Of a stretch of DNA of 64,000 bases, positions 20,329 to 30,670 are shown piece after piece. Numbering within the stretch: position 1 is the stretch's first letter; the number at the start of each line of letters is the position of its first letter. A program made the translations under genes and the position numbers. A model generated the notes under the pieces. That model did not search any database. It was not told where the DNA came from and saw only the letters and a program-made list of their open reading frames with translations. This stretch comes from Alkalispirochaeta sp. (GTDB taxonomy: Bacteria; Spirochaetota; Spirochaetia; DSM-27196; Alkalispirochaetaceae): positions 1-64,000 of the forward strand of contig OZ271854.1 in assembly GCA_965601925.1 (NCBI GenBank), written 5' to 3'.

Positions 20329-21080
20329 CTCCCCGTGCCCCGGTGGGCCGCAACGGAGCGTCTCTGGAGCGTGTGATCCCAGTAAAATGAGACGACTTGA
20401 AGCGCCAGGGCGAGCGCGAGGGCGCCGGTCTTCACCGCGCGGGGGAGGATTGGAGCGAACGAGGCGATCAAGGTAACCACCAAGGTCGCCGCAACGGTCT
20501 TGGCGAATGGTTTATAGAAACGGGGATAGTCGGGCGGGTCCCCGTCGTAGCGCCACACCAGGAAATACGCATACCGCATCAAGCCGATGGAGAGCACGAA
20601 GGGGTGGATGCGTTCAATGTGCCACACGGCCACCGCGAGGCTTAGTGTGAAGTAGGCGTCGTTCTCCATGTCCCAGATCGAGCCGAACGCGCCGGTGCCG
20701 AGGCGTCTGGCGAGGCGCCCGTCGAGGAGATCGGTAACCTCGGCGGCGGCCAGCACGGCCAGCAAAATCCACTGTCCCCCGGCCGACGACGAATCGGTCC
20801 CCATCTCGGGAAAACGGCCTCGGTGCCACACGACGATGAGCAAGCCCACCGCCGCGGCAAGGCGAACCGAGGTGAGTGCATTGGGTAGCATAGGACCGAC
20901 CTCGTCGGGATGCGTCTTGTGCGCAAGCACGAAGAGGCACGAGAGGGACGCGCCGCCCCATAGAGCCATTACGAGCCACGGCCACCGCCCGGCCGGAGAT
21001 ATAACGGACAAAAGAACGAGGCCGACGAGAACGGCCGACTGGAGCCAGGTCCACCGGTGGTACAGGTACGCAAAGCTCAT
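20325..21080 (-). CDS. CDP-alcohol phosphatidyltransferase family protein
   Basis: PNALTSVR and DLLDGRLARRLGTGAFGSIWDMEND signature. Confidence 0.88.
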   Translation of the reverse strand: MSFAYLYHRWTWLQSAVLVGLVLLSVISPAGRWPWLVMALWGGASLSCLFVLAHKTHPDEVGPMLPNALTSVRLAAAVGLLIVVWHRGRFPEMGTDSSSAGGQWILLAVLAAAEVTDLLDGRLARRLGTGAFGSIWDMENDAYFTLSLAVAVWHIERIHPFVLSIGLMRYAYFLVWRYDGDPPDYPRFYKPFAKTVAATLVVTLIASFAPILPRAVKTGALALALALQVVSFYWDHTLQRRSVAAHRGTGR

Positions 21081-21913
21081 CGTCGTGCCAGTAGGTCGAG
21101 CTGATGGGCGATAAACAAGAGCTCGCCGCGTTCCACCTGTTCGCGTCGCTGTGCGATCCACCATTGGAACGACTCCCTATCGAGCGACGTGTCGACACCG
21201 CGCTCAAGGAGCGAACCCACCGATTCTTCGACCATATCCAGAATAGTGCCGAGAAGAATCTGCTCATCCTCTCGCGCCTCATCACCTCGGGGCGGCACGA
21301 TCCAGTCGGAGCCGCCCACCTCTGCAAACGAAAAACCTCGGTCCCGTAATGCGGAGAGGTGCGCACGTGCGAATCCTCCCCCCATCGACCGGTGATACAA
21401 CCGCAAGACCTCCGCGTCGACCCGCTGATCCGCAACCGGCTCGATGAATGTCGCACCGTCGAAGATAATCGAGGCGTATACAACGCCGTCCTCGGCGAGG
21501 AGACGGGTGAGCATCCCGACCGCCTCGTGGGGTCGGAATAGATCCATGACGGCGTGGGCGACGACCAAATCGTACGGCGCTTCACCGTACGCATCGTCCA
21601 GGACATTGTGCGTGAATACGTTCCAGGAATCGATTTCGGGCGAGGCGGCCAGACGTTCCGAAAGGCGCTTCGTCGAGTCCGGGGAGACCTCCCATGCGTG
21701 ATAGGTCACGACTCGCCCCGCGCGCTTCGCGGACGCGAAAAAACCCCATTCACGCATTCGGTCGATCATGGTGCCGGTACCGGCACCCACCTCGGCGATG
21801 CGCAGGCTTCTCGGTCCGCTTTGGGAGACGGCATTCACCATGGCGTCCCAGACGCGACGGTTGACGGAACGATCGTCGATGGAACGCTTTGCCTCCAGAT
21901 ACGAGACGTGCAT
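21077..21913 (-). CDS. Class I SAM-dependent methyltransferase
   Basis: EVGAGTG motif I; YLEAKRSIDDRSVN N-terminus; YDLVVAHAVMDL. Confidence 0.85.
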   Translation of the reverse strand: MHVSYLEAKRSIDDRSVNRRVWDAMVNAVSQSGPRSLRIAEVGAGTGTMIDRMREWGFFASAKRAGRVVTYHAWEVSPDSTKRLSERLAASPEIDSWNVFTHNVLDDAYGEAPYDLVVAHAVMDLFRPHEAVGMLTRLLAEDGVVYASIIFDGATFIEPVADQRVDAEVLRLYHRSMGGGFARAHLSALRDRGFSFAEVGGSDWIVPPRGDEAREDEQILLGTILDMVEESVGSLLERGVDTSLDRESFQWWIAQRREQVERGELLFIAHQLDLLARR

Positions 21914-21961
21914 ATCACATGAAGGTACTACCAGACCGCCTCGCCATGGTAGTCTCCGACT

Positions 21962-22354
21962 ATGGAAATCACTCTCACGACTCCGGCACTACTCTTCCCG
22001 GGCATATCCCTTCTCTTTCTGGCGTACACCAATCGGTTTTTGACGTTGGCCGGGCTCGTTCGAGAGCTCCACGGCCGCTACCAGGCGCAGGGAGGGGAGA
22101 TTCTCATCGGGCAGATTGCGAATCTTCGCAGACGTCTTAAGATCATCGTGTGGATGCAAGCGACCGGCGTCGTCTCGTTCTTCCTATGTGTCGTGACGAT
22201 GCTGTTACTCTTTTGGGACCTCGTCATCGTCGGAGAGGTCGTCTTTGCGCTGGCGCTCCTGTCGATGCTCGCCTCGTTGGGGTGCTCGTTCTGGGAAATC
22301 CGCCTGTCGATCGGCGCGTTGAAGCTCCAGCTCTCCGACATGGAGCGGTCTTAG
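21962..22354 (+). CDS. DUF2721 membrane protein
   Basis: LTTPALLFPGISLLFLAYTNRF and EIRLSIGAL motifs. Confidence 0.85.
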   Translation: MEITLTTPALLFPGISLLFLAYTNRFLTLAGLVRELHGRYQAQGGEILIGQIANLRRRLKIIVWMQATGVVSFFLCVVTMLLLFWDLVIVGEVVFALALLSMLASLGCSFWEIRLSIGALKLQLSDMERS

Positions 22355-22370
22355 GACTCGCCATGATAAT

Positions 22371-24608
22371 CTACGACGCCTCCGACGCACCGAGGCGGCG
22401 ACGTGCAGCCCACAGATCCAGGGCGTGTGTAGCGCTTCCCGCGTCGAGGGTAATCGGCAGGCCGGCGTCGCGCACCTCGTCGCACAGACGGGTGTAGACC
22501 GAACGGCTCGATTCGCGCACCGGGACGCTAAAGACGACGGGCTTTGACGAACGCCTGGCAATGCTCGCCAAGCGTGCTCCGAGTCCGGTTCCGGAGGATG
22601 ACTCCTCGTCGGTCGTGGTAATCGCTACGGAATGCGGCACGACCGAGACCACCACCATATCGACGGAGGGACTCTCAAGAAGCGTTTCCACGGCGCGACA
22701 ATAGACCTCATCGCCCGCCATCGGTGTCAGATCGAGGAGCGCATCGGGATTGACGAAGTTCGGAAGCATCGCCGTCAGCGCCTCGCGCGTCGCCTCGTCG
22801 AGTTCTGCGAGTTGCAATGCGCCGATGTTGTCGGCGGCACACGTTTTCTCGTAGCCGGCGTTGGCGACGACCGCCAGCCGTCCCCGCCCCGCTTCCTTCT
22901 CGGCCAATAACGAAAAGACGGTGAGATACCGCAAAAACTCCTCAATCGACTCCGCGACCGTTGCACCGGCGGCGGTCATGACGGAACGACTCACTGCGTA
23001 CGGCCCGGCGATGGATGCGGTGTGCGTCGCCGTGGCGCGCTGCCCCGCCGGCGTCCGTCCGGCAATATAGACGACCGTGCGGTGGGGCGATCGGCGTATC
23101 GCCGCCGCCAACCGTTCGCCGCCTCCGGGGGCAAACCCCTCTACATAGATACCGACGGCGTCGACCTCCTTGTCGTCGGTTAGGTGGCGGAGAATGTCGC
23201 CCGGTTCAACGTCGATTCCGTTGCCGTAGGTAACCGTTAATAGCGGGTCCGCTACCCCCGCCAAATGCGTGAGGGTGGTAAGGGCCAGCGCGCCGCTCTG
23301 ACTAATGATCGCCACATTCGCACGAGGCGCGCGGACAGGCGGTAGCTTGCGTTCCGGGATGAAGAAGGTACTCAAGGAACGCCGTCGATTGATGAAGCCG
23401 AGACAGTTGGGGCCCAGAACGCGCATCCCCGCCTCTTTGGCAAGGTGCGCCATGTGCGTCTCCGCGTCACGATCACCTGAGAACTCGCTGAATCCGCCGG
23501 GGATGACCAGGAGCGAACGGGCCCCGGCAGCGGCGGCATCGGCCACGACCGGGAGCGTCGCCGCCGCCGGCACGGTTACCACAACCAGATCGAGCGTCGT
23601 GGGAATATCACCCAGGGAGCGATAGAGCGGCAACCGCTCACCGGCAAGCTCCACTTCGCCGCCCCGCGGATTGACGCAGTACAGCTCCGTCGAGTCACTG
23701 GCCGCCGTCGCGGCAATCGAGCGCGCAATGATCGTTCCCGGCTTCTCGGCGTTACTCACTCCTACGACGGCGATGGTGCGCGGCGCCAACAGCGCGTCCA
23801 GCCCCCTCGTATCGGGCTCGCGGACGACAAGGGTCTTGGCGTCGTCCTCCGCTTCCGGCTCGGGTCCGAAGGCGAGAGCGTCCAGCGCCAACAGCCTCTC
23901 TTCTCCGTTCCAAGCCGCAGGATTGATCTCCATCTCTTCCATACCGGGGTGTTCCCGCATGAGTTGTACGAGCCCGACCGCGGCGCGACTCGCCTGGGCG
24001 ACGCGTGCACCCTTTTTACGGTGGTTCCATAACCGTCCAGGCCACGCCGCCTCGCAGGTCGCGCGGACCGTCCGCTCGATCTGTTCGTAGGAGGCCTCGG
24101 GGTCGACGGAGACGTATAGCGGTGTGAGTCCCGAACGCGTCAGCACCTCGGTGTCCGCACCGCCGGGCGCGATCGAGAGAATCGGTCCGAACTCGACGGT
24201 CCGTTGTACTCCCAAAAGCAGCTCCTCGCCGCAATGGTCGCTGTGGTCGACGTACTCCACCAGGAGCACCCCTTCGTAGCCCGCCGAATCGGCCGAAAAG
24301 CGTCCGTGCATATCCCGAACTGAGGCTACCAGCGCGTCGACGCGCGCCGTCTCTACCGCCACTCCCCCCGCAGCCGCCTTATGTGCGACCTCGCGGGCGG
24401 CGACCTTCACTACGACTCGTCGACCGGCTACGTTCTCGCCGGACGGGTCGGCGACGACGCGTTCTAAAAACTCACGCACCATCGATTCGCAGCGCGACGA
24501 ATCATCGTCGATGGAGTTGCGCGACAGGAAATGCCACGACGGCGTTTCGATCCCGACGGAGGTCAACAACGGATACAGTTCGTGCTCAAGAAGAATGTTA
24601 TGGTTCAC
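22371..24608 (-). CDS. ADP-forming acyl-CoA synthetase (acetate--CoA ligase family), ATP-grasp domain first
   Basis: N-terminal HKAAAGGV, FGPIL and EINP; C-terminal LGPNCLG, SQSGA, THTASIAG phospho-His. Confidence 0.88.
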   Translation of the reverse strand: MNHNILLEHELYPLLTSVGIETPSWHFLSRNSIDDDSSRCESMVREFLERVVADPSGENVAGRRVVVKVAAREVAHKAAAGGVAVETARVDALVASVRDMHGRFSADSAGYEGVLLVEYVDHSDHCGEELLLGVQRTVEFGPILSIAPGGADTEVLTRSGLTPLYVSVDPEASYEQIERTVRATCEAAWPGRLWNHRKKGARVAQASRAAVGLVQLMREHPGMEEMEINPAAWNGEERLLALDALAFGPEPEAEDDAKTLVVREPDTRGLDALLAPRTIAVVGVSNAEKPGTIIARSIAATAASDSTELYCVNPRGGEVELAGERLPLYRSLGDIPTTLDLVVVTVPAAATLPVVADAAAAGARSLLVIPGGFSEFSGDRDAETHMAHLAKEAGMRVLGPNCLGFINRRRSLSTFFIPERKLPPVRAPRANVAIISQSGALALTTLTHLAGVADPLLTVTYGNGIDVEPGDILRHLTDDKEVDAVGIYVEGFAPGGGERLAAAIRRSPHRTVVYIAGRTPAGQRATATHTASIAGPYAVSRSVMTAAGATVAESIEEFLRYLTVFSLLAEKEAGRGRLAVVANAGYEKTCAADNIGALQLAELDEATREALTAMLPNFVNPDALLDLTPMAGDEVYCRAVETLLESPSVDMVVVSVVPHSVAITTTDEESSSGTGLGARLASIARRSSKPVVFSVPVRESSRSVYTRLCDEVRDAGLPITLDAGSATHALDLWAARRRLGASEAS

Positions 24609-24765
24609 GGCACCCTTAGCTTAGTCCGAGACGGACATCGGGTCAAAAGCAAACCGGGCGTACACCGCCTTTTTTTGCCGTTCTCTCTCGGGGCGCGGCG
24701 ATCGTGCATCGGTGCCGAGCTCATCCTTGACGCGGCGGATCGGTCGTGCCACGATTCACGTCATC

Positions 24766-26076
24766 ATGAGCATACCGATCGACCCTGCCATCGTATCCCA
24801 CGCCGTGGAAGAGCTGCGTATTCGCCGCCTTGGAACCGCGTCCATCCGCGAAGTTAGACGCCTCATCGACCGTTTGGAGGCCGAACAGGACACACGCTTC
24901 ATTCGTATGGAGATGGGCATTCCCGGCCTTCCCGTCTCCGACGTGGCGATTGAGGCCGAGAAGGCGGCGCTGGAAGCCGGGGTCGCCTCATCGTACCCTC
25001 CCGTTGCCGGTATTCCCGAGCTCAAGGCGGAGATTGCCCGCTTCGTGAGCAACTTCGTCGGCGTATCGGTGGCAAGCGAGGGGTGCCTCCCTACCGTCGG
25101 CAGCATCAACGGGAGCTTCGCCGCATTTATGGTCGCCGGACGCGCACGCCGCGGCGTCGATACGATTCTGCTCCTGAACCCCGGATTTCCCCTCCACGCC
25201 GCCCAGGCGAAGATGCTGGGGCTCAAGACGGCGGCGTTCGACGTGTACGAACATCGCGGCGCCGCGCTCGAGGCGAAACTCGAGGAGATGGTGAGTCGCC
25301 ATCCGGTGGCCGCCATGCTCTATTCCAACCCCAACAACCCCTCGTGGATCTGCTTTACCGAAGAGGAGTTACAGATCATCGCTCGCGTCGCCGATCGCCA
25401 TAACATCGTCGTTATTGAGGATCTGGCGTACCTTGCGATGGACTTCCGCCGAAATCTCGGCGAGCCGGGACGCGAGCCGTACCAGGCGAGCGTCGCGCAC
25501 TACACCGATCGCTTCATCCTTCTCATATCGAGTTCCAAGGCGTTCAGCTATGCGGGGCAACGCGTCGGTATGCTCGTCATATCCGACGTGCTGTGGGCGA
25601 CGGAGTATCCCGATCTTACGGAGTTCTATCCCTACAGTCGCTTCGGCGACGCGGTTCTTCTGGGCACGCTGTATCCGTCGACCGCCGGCGTGGCCCACTC
25701 CGCTCAACACGGCCTGGCGGCGCTTCTCGCGGCCGCCAACAACGGCGAGTACGCCTTTGTCGAGGAGGTACGGGTCTACGGCGATAAGGCGCGCGACATG
25801 AAACGCCACTTCCTGAAAAACGGCTTTCATCTGGTGTACGACCGCGACGTGGATCGCGAACTCGCCGACGGGTTCTACTTCACCGTCGCCTATCCCGGTC
25901 TCAGCGGTGAGGAGTTGGTGGAAGCGCTAATCCATTACGGCATCAGCGCAATTTCATTGAGCACCACCGGAAGCGAGCGTACCGAAGGGATACGGGCGTG
26001 CGTTTCACTCATTCCCACCGAGGATATTCCCGAGCTGGGTCGGCGCTTGGCGCAGTTCCACGCGGATCGTCGATAG
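24766..26076 (+). CDS. PLP-dependent aminotransferase, class I/II
   Basis: YSNPNNPSW, EDLAY and SSSKAFSYAGQRVG (PLP Lys) motifs. Confidence 0.92.
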   Translation: MSIPIDPAIVSHAVEELRIRRLGTASIREVRRLIDRLEAEQDTRFIRMEMGIPGLPVSDVAIEAEKAALEAGVASSYPPVAGIPELKAEIARFVSNFVGVSVASEGCLPTVGSINGSFAAFMVAGRARRGVDTILLLNPGFPLHAAQAKMLGLKTAAFDVYEHRGAALEAKLEEMVSRHPVAAMLYSNPNNPSWICFTEEELQIIARVADRHNIVVIEDLAYLAMDFRRNLGEPGREPYQASVAHYTDRFILLISSSKAFSYAGQRVGMLVISDVLWATEYPDLTEFYPYSRFGDAVLLGTLYPSTAGVAHSAQHGLAALLAAANNGEYAFVEEVRVYGDKARDMKRHFLKNGFHLVYDRDVDRELADGFYFTVAYPGLSGEELVEALIHYGISAISLSTTGSERTEGIRACVSLIPTEDIPELGRRLAQFHADRR

Positions 26077-26300
26077 GAGAGCGAAACGGCTCCCACTCCG
26101 ACCCGGAGGAGGGACGACCCGAATCGTCGGGAGCGGCTCACGAGACCTCGTTGGTGTTTCTCTGTCGTTCGGAACCGCCGATCTTCTTTCACCGCTCAAC
26201 ATCCGTTAGTGAATAGGCTAAAATGTTTCAAAATAAACAGTTAAAAAAGTATTCATTGTTCTCTTAAAAAAGCTGATATAAAATATCAACTATTGCTTTT

Positions 26301-27170
26301 ATGAAGGGGGCGGTTATGACGAGGCGGTTTCTGATTGTCGGTTTTTCGGCGGCAATGGTGGTTGTGCTCGGGGCGTGCGATCTGCTCGGAGGTGACGACG
26401 ACGATGATAACGGAGCGCCGCAGTACATCCTGTCGCTCGATTACACGGGCGCCACCGGTGACGGCGGTTACGAAACCGACGTGGTAATCAGAACCGACGA
26501 AGCGCTCTTGGACGCCAACGCGTTTGAGCTCAACGATGCCAGCGATTCGCGGGATGTCGACGCCGGTACCTACACGTTGAACCTCACGTCGCGCGCCCCG
26601 GACACGATGCGATCGGTGCAGATATTCGAAGGCACAAACGAAGCCGTCACCCAGGCCACCTACGCCGCGACCAACGATACCCTATCCGATTTCATCGTGG
26701 AATGGGGATTTACCCCCACCGAATACGATCAGATTACCGCGGGTACGGTCGAAGTGTCGATTTCGGGATCCGAGTACACCTTCACGTGGAACCTCACCAC
26801 CGCCGACAGCGCTACCATCACCGGCAGCTACACCGGCGCCGTCGACGAACTCTACTTTCAGGATAGTCGGGAAATCGAGCTCAATACAGACTACACGGGC
26901 GAGTCGATCACCGCTCTCGACGACGAGCGTTACACCTTCATAGCCGGATCGACGGCGGATCACACCGTCAGCGTCACCAACGTCGCATCGGACGTCAGTT
27001 TGGACGTCTTTTCGGACGAGTTCGTAATGGTCATCGCCGCATCCGACAGCTCCGGTTTGGCGAACGAAATTGCGAATGTGTCGCTGCTTACACCCGGCGA
27101 CAGATATTGGCTGAGAGTTGACGAACTCGACAATGTCGACAGCTCGTTCGATCTGAGAATCGATAATTAG
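26301..27170 (+). CDS. Acidic hypothetical lipoprotein (possible PPC-like C-terminal beta domain); start 26301 or 26316
   Basis: Lipobox VLGA-C followed by GGDDDDDNG; Asp/Glu/Thr-rich; AT-rich upstream region. Confidence 0.75.
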   Translation: MKGAVMTRRFLIVGFSAAMVVVLGACDLLGGDDDDDNGAPQYILSLDYTGATGDGGYETDVVIRTDEALLDANAFELNDASDSRDVDAGTYTLNLTSRAPDTMRSVQIFEGTNEAVTQATYAATNDTLSDFIVEWGFTPTEYDQITAGTVEVSISGSEYTFTWNLTTADSATITGSYTGAVDELYFQDSREIELNTDYTGESITALDDERYTFIAGSTADHTVSVTNVASDVSLDVFSDEFVMVIAASDSSGLANEIANVSLLTPGDRYWLRVDELDNVDSSFDLRIDN

Positions 27171-27416
27171 TCGTCGCCGGCACGATTTGATTTCGTCGGA
27201 ATGCGCGGTGTTTCTCCGGGTAGCGGCATCGCGGTTCCGACGTTTATACGACTCCACAGTCATGACGGCAACGATCCTCGCGGCGGAGACGCACGGAGCC
27301 GTTGTTCATGGGGCGCGCTTACTCGTGTTTGCCGGGCGAATGACGGCATATGCGATTGACAGGCGTACTCGCTCCGGGCGGTCGCCGACCGCCGCGTACA
27401 TCGCTACAATAGGACC

Positions 27417-28775
27417 ATGCAGAGGCTCTCTTGGAAGACAAAGGCCGGTTACGGAATCGGTGATCTCGGCGGTAATCTCTTCTTCACGCTGGGCGGATTC
27501 TATTTTCTCTTCTATCTTACGAATATCTTAGGCATGCCCTCCGAGCTCGCCGGAACCGCGCTCATGCTCGGCAAGATATGGGACGCCGTTACCGATCCGG
27601 TCGTCGGCTTTTTATCGGACCGCACGCGGAGCCGCCATGGACGGCGGCGTCCCTGGCTTTTCGTCGGATCGTGGATCATCTTAGGCGGCATGGTGATGAT
27701 GTTCTCGCCGCCGGCGGGCGCGGCGTTCCTGTGGATCGTGACGGCAAATTGCATCCTCAACACTGGCTACACCTTCATCAATATCCCGTACGGCGCCCTT
27801 GCGCCCGATCTTACCGAGGACTTTCACGAGCGGACCGAACTCAACGGATGGCGCATGAGTTTTGCGGTGGTGGGTACGTTCGTGGGCGCGGGCGTCGTCA
27901 TTCCGTTGGTGAACGCCTTCGGCGGCGGTACGCAGGGGTGGACGGGAATGGCCGTCGTCGTCGGATCGCTCATCGCCCTCACGACGCTTATCGTCGTGAT
28001 CTCCATACGTGAGCCCGCGCTACGCGTTGCGCCCGCGAAAACGGGGATCATCCGCTCCCATATCGAGGTGTTTCGGCTCAAACCTTTTCTGCTTGCACTC
28101 ATCCCGTGGTCGCTCCACATCACCGGCGTCAACGTCATTCAGGCGGCACTCCTATTCTATTTTCGCTTCATCTACGGCGACGAGGCGGCGTTTCAGATCG
28201 CTCTACCGATCCTCTTGGCCAGTGCGATCATATGCATACCCGTGTGGGTGCGCATTTCAAAACGCGTCGGCAAGCGCACCAGCTATAACGCGGGGATGGC
28301 GATCTTTGCCGGAAGCGTGCTGCTCTTTTTTGCCTTCGGTCACTTAGCGGGACCCGCCGTCGCCTTCGTCGTCATGGCCGTAGCCGGTGTCGGATTCGCC
28401 ACGCAGTACGTCATGCCCTACGCTATGGTTCCCGATATCGTGGAGTACGATTTCGCCGAAAACGGCGTACGTCGCGAAGGCGTGCTCTACGGAATGTGGA
28501 CATTTATGTCCAAGATCGGGCAGGCCGTGGCCGTGGCGATCAACGGATGGGTTTTGGCCGCCTTCGGGTACCGGGAGGCCGTGGCGGGCGTCGAGATGGA
28601 ACAGAGCGCGTCGGCGCTCTTCGGAATCAGGCTCCTCGTGGGGCCGGTGCCGGCGCTCTTCTTTATCGTCGGTATCGCCGTACTTCACTTCTACCCGATT
28701 ACCAATGCATATTACGCAACGATCAAGGAGAAGGCACACGCGCGTCTCGCGGCCCTCGGGGACGGCGAGGCGTGA
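27417..28775 (+). CDS. GPH-family (MelB-like) glycoside:cation symporter
   Basis: YGIGDLG, WDAVTDPVVGFLSDRTRSRHGRRRPW and RREGVLYG motifs. Confidence 0.93.
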   Translation: MQRLSWKTKAGYGIGDLGGNLFFTLGGFYFLFYLTNILGMPSELAGTALMLGKIWDAVTDPVVGFLSDRTRSRHGRRRPWLFVGSWIILGGMVMMFSPPAGAAFLWIVTANCILNTGYTFINIPYGALAPDLTEDFHERTELNGWRMSFAVVGTFVGAGVVIPLVNAFGGGTQGWTGMAVVVGSLIALTTLIVVISIREPALRVAPAKTGIIRSHIEVFRLKPFLLALIPWSLHITGVNVIQAALLFYFRFIYGDEAAFQIALPILLASAIICIPVWVRISKRVGKRTSYNAGMAIFAGSVLLFFAFGHLAGPAVAFVVMAVAGVGFATQYVMPYAMVPDIVEYDFAENGVRREGVLYGMWTFMSKIGQAVAVAINGWVLAAFGYREAVAGVEMEQSASALFGIRLLVGPVPALFFIVGIAVLHFYPITNAYYATIKEKAHARLAALGDGEA

Positions 28776-28796
28776 TACGATAGCCCGGAGGAACTG

Positions 28797-29468
28797 ATGA
28801 AACGGAGCGAAATCAACACATTGATACGGCGGGCCGAGGAGTTCTTTTCCCGGTACCTGGTGAGATTACCGCGTTGGGCGAGTTGGGGTCCCGATGAGTG
28901 GGCGGCCGAAGAGGGTCGGACGCGTGCGATTCGCTCGGCGATGCTCGGCTGGGACTTGACCGATTTCGGACAAGGCGCGTTCGACCGACGCGGGCTCATC
29001 CTGTTTACGGTGCGTAACGGACTCCTCGAAGAGCCGGACGGCAAACCGTACGCCGAAAAGATCATGATCGTTCGCGATCGACAGGAGACGCCGTGGCACT
29101 TCCATTGGCAGAAGATGGAAGACATTATCAATCGCGGCGGCGGCACGTTGGTTCTGGAGCTATCTCTGGCCGACCGCGAGAGCGAGCAGCTCAGCGACGA
29201 GCCCTTTTCGGTCTCCATCGACGGCGTAGAGAGGGCGTGCGCCGCCGGCGAGCGCGTGGAGCTCGACCCGGGCGAGAGTATCACCCTGCCGCCGTATCTA
29301 TATCACCGGTTTTGGGCCGAGGGCGGAGACTGTCTGGTCGGTGAAGTGAGTAAGGTCAACGACGACAACGTTGACAATCGCTTCTTGGAGGAGCTCGGCC
29401 GGTTTCCCGACGTCATTGAGGACGAGGCGCCGTATCGCCTGCTCGTCTCCGACTACCGGAGAGATTGA
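28797..29468 (+). CDS. D-lyxose/D-mannose family sugar isomerase (cupin)
   Basis: MKRSEIN, LGWDLTDFG, YAEKIMI, TPWHFHWQKMEDIINRGGG and GEVSKVNDD motifs. Confidence 0.92.
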   Translation: MKRSEINTLIRRAEEFFSRYLVRLPRWASWGPDEWAAEEGRTRAIRSAMLGWDLTDFGQGAFDRRGLILFTVRNGLLEEPDGKPYAEKIMIVRDRQETPWHFHWQKMEDIINRGGGTLVLELSLADRESEQLSDEPFSVSIDGVERACAAGERVELDPGESITLPPYLYHRFWAEGGDCLVGEVSKVNDDNVDNRFLEELGRFPDVIEDEAPYRLLVSDYRRD

Positions 29469-30670
29469 TGGAAGTTTCAATAGGGGGTACCGGATGCTCC
29501 CTAATGGACTATCTCTTTACCGGAATTGACTTTGAAGCCGGGATGTTCGCCCGTTACCGATCCCGGGAGCCGGGCGACGGAGGACTCGTACCGGGCGCGC
29601 TCGTGTTTATCGAGGGCCTTGAGTCTTTTGCCGGCCGGTCGTATGAGGAAGTCTTGCGGGACATTACCGACGGCGGGGAGCCCGCGTCGCGTAATCTGGG
29701 AGGGCCGTCGATCGTTGCGCTGGTACACGCCGCGCAGCTGCTGAACGGGGCCGGCGTGCCGGTCTCTTTCCATGGGATACGGGGCGAGGATACGATCGGC
29801 GATGAGTTGGCGGGCATCGTCTCGCGTACTCCCCTTCACTGGGATCGTTACGTCCAGAGGCCCGGAGAGACGCCCTTTACCCACGCCCTCTCCGATCCGA
29901 GGTACGCCGACGGCGCGGGGGAGCGCTCCTTCGTCAATAGCGTCGGCGTGGCGGCTGAGTTCAGCGTCGAGGATCTGCACGACTCCTTCTTCGATAACGC
30001 GATCGTGGCCTTCGGCGGGACGGCATTGGTGCCGACATTGCACGGTGAATTGCACAAGGCGGTCGGCCGCGCCGCCAAAGGCGGCTCTCTTACAGTCGTC
30101 AACACAGTCTACGACTTTTTCAATGAATCGCGTTTTCCCGATCGCCTCTGGCCGCTGGGTGATAGCGAAAGGACATACTCCAACACCGATCTGTTGGTCG
30201 TCGATGCCGAGGAAGCGTACCGCCTCTCCGGCGTAGCCGATTCAATTCGTGCGGCCCGGCGTTTCACCGAAGCCGGCGTCTCGGCGGTGGTGATCACCTC
30301 GGGAGCCGACGACATACTCGCGGTCTCCGACGGCGGACGGTTCGCACCGCTTGAGGCGCGCTTCTTTCCCGTGAGCGATCGTATACGCGCCGAGTTACGC
30401 AACGGGCACGGCGATGCGGGCGACACGACCGGGTGCGGAGACAACTTCGTCGGCGGATTATTGTTCGCCCTGGCCGAACAGTTGCGCTCCGGCGAGAGAC
30501 GCTGCGACCTCTTCCACGCCATGAGTTGGGCCGTCGCATCGGGCGGCTACTGTTGCTTCTCGTTGGGGGGTACCGTTCTGGAATCGCGACGCGGCGAAAA
30601 GCGCGATGCGATCCGCGAATACGTTCGCGACTACCGCCGTCAGCTCGGAGCCGTTACCGGAGATGCGTGA
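29468..30670 (+). CDS. PfkB-family carbohydrate kinase
   Basis: DTTGCGDNFVGG PfkB signature; NLGGPSIVAL. Confidence 0.88.
   Translation: MEVSIGGTGCSLMDYLFTGIDFEAGMFARYRSREPGDGGLVPGALVFIEGLESFAGRSYEEVLRDITDGGEPASRNLGGPSIVALVHAAQLLNGAGVPVSFHGIRGEDTIGDELAGIVSRTPLHWDRYVQRPGETPFTHALSDPRYADGAGERSFVNSVGVAAEFSVEDLHDSFFDNAIVAFGGTALVPTLHGELHKAVGRAAKGGSLTVVNTVYDFFNESRFPDRLWPLGDSERTYSNTDLLVVDAEEAYRLSGVADSIRAARRFTEAGVSAVVITSGADDILAVSDGGRFAPLEARFFPVSDRIRAELRNGHGDAGDTTGCGDNFVGGLLFALAEQLRSGERRCDLFHAMSWAVASGGYCCFSLGGTVLESRRGEKRDAIREYVRDYRRQLGAVTGDA

Noticed and set aside
26253..26279. Possible sigma28 promoter (GCTGATAT)
   Set aside because: No TAAA element at the expected spacing
27171..27320. Minus-strand peptide ARIVAV...DEIKSC faintly resembling an HD-GYP C-terminus
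   Set aside because: Too short and lacks the D-x-x-D-A and RPY motifs; cannot be supported without a search
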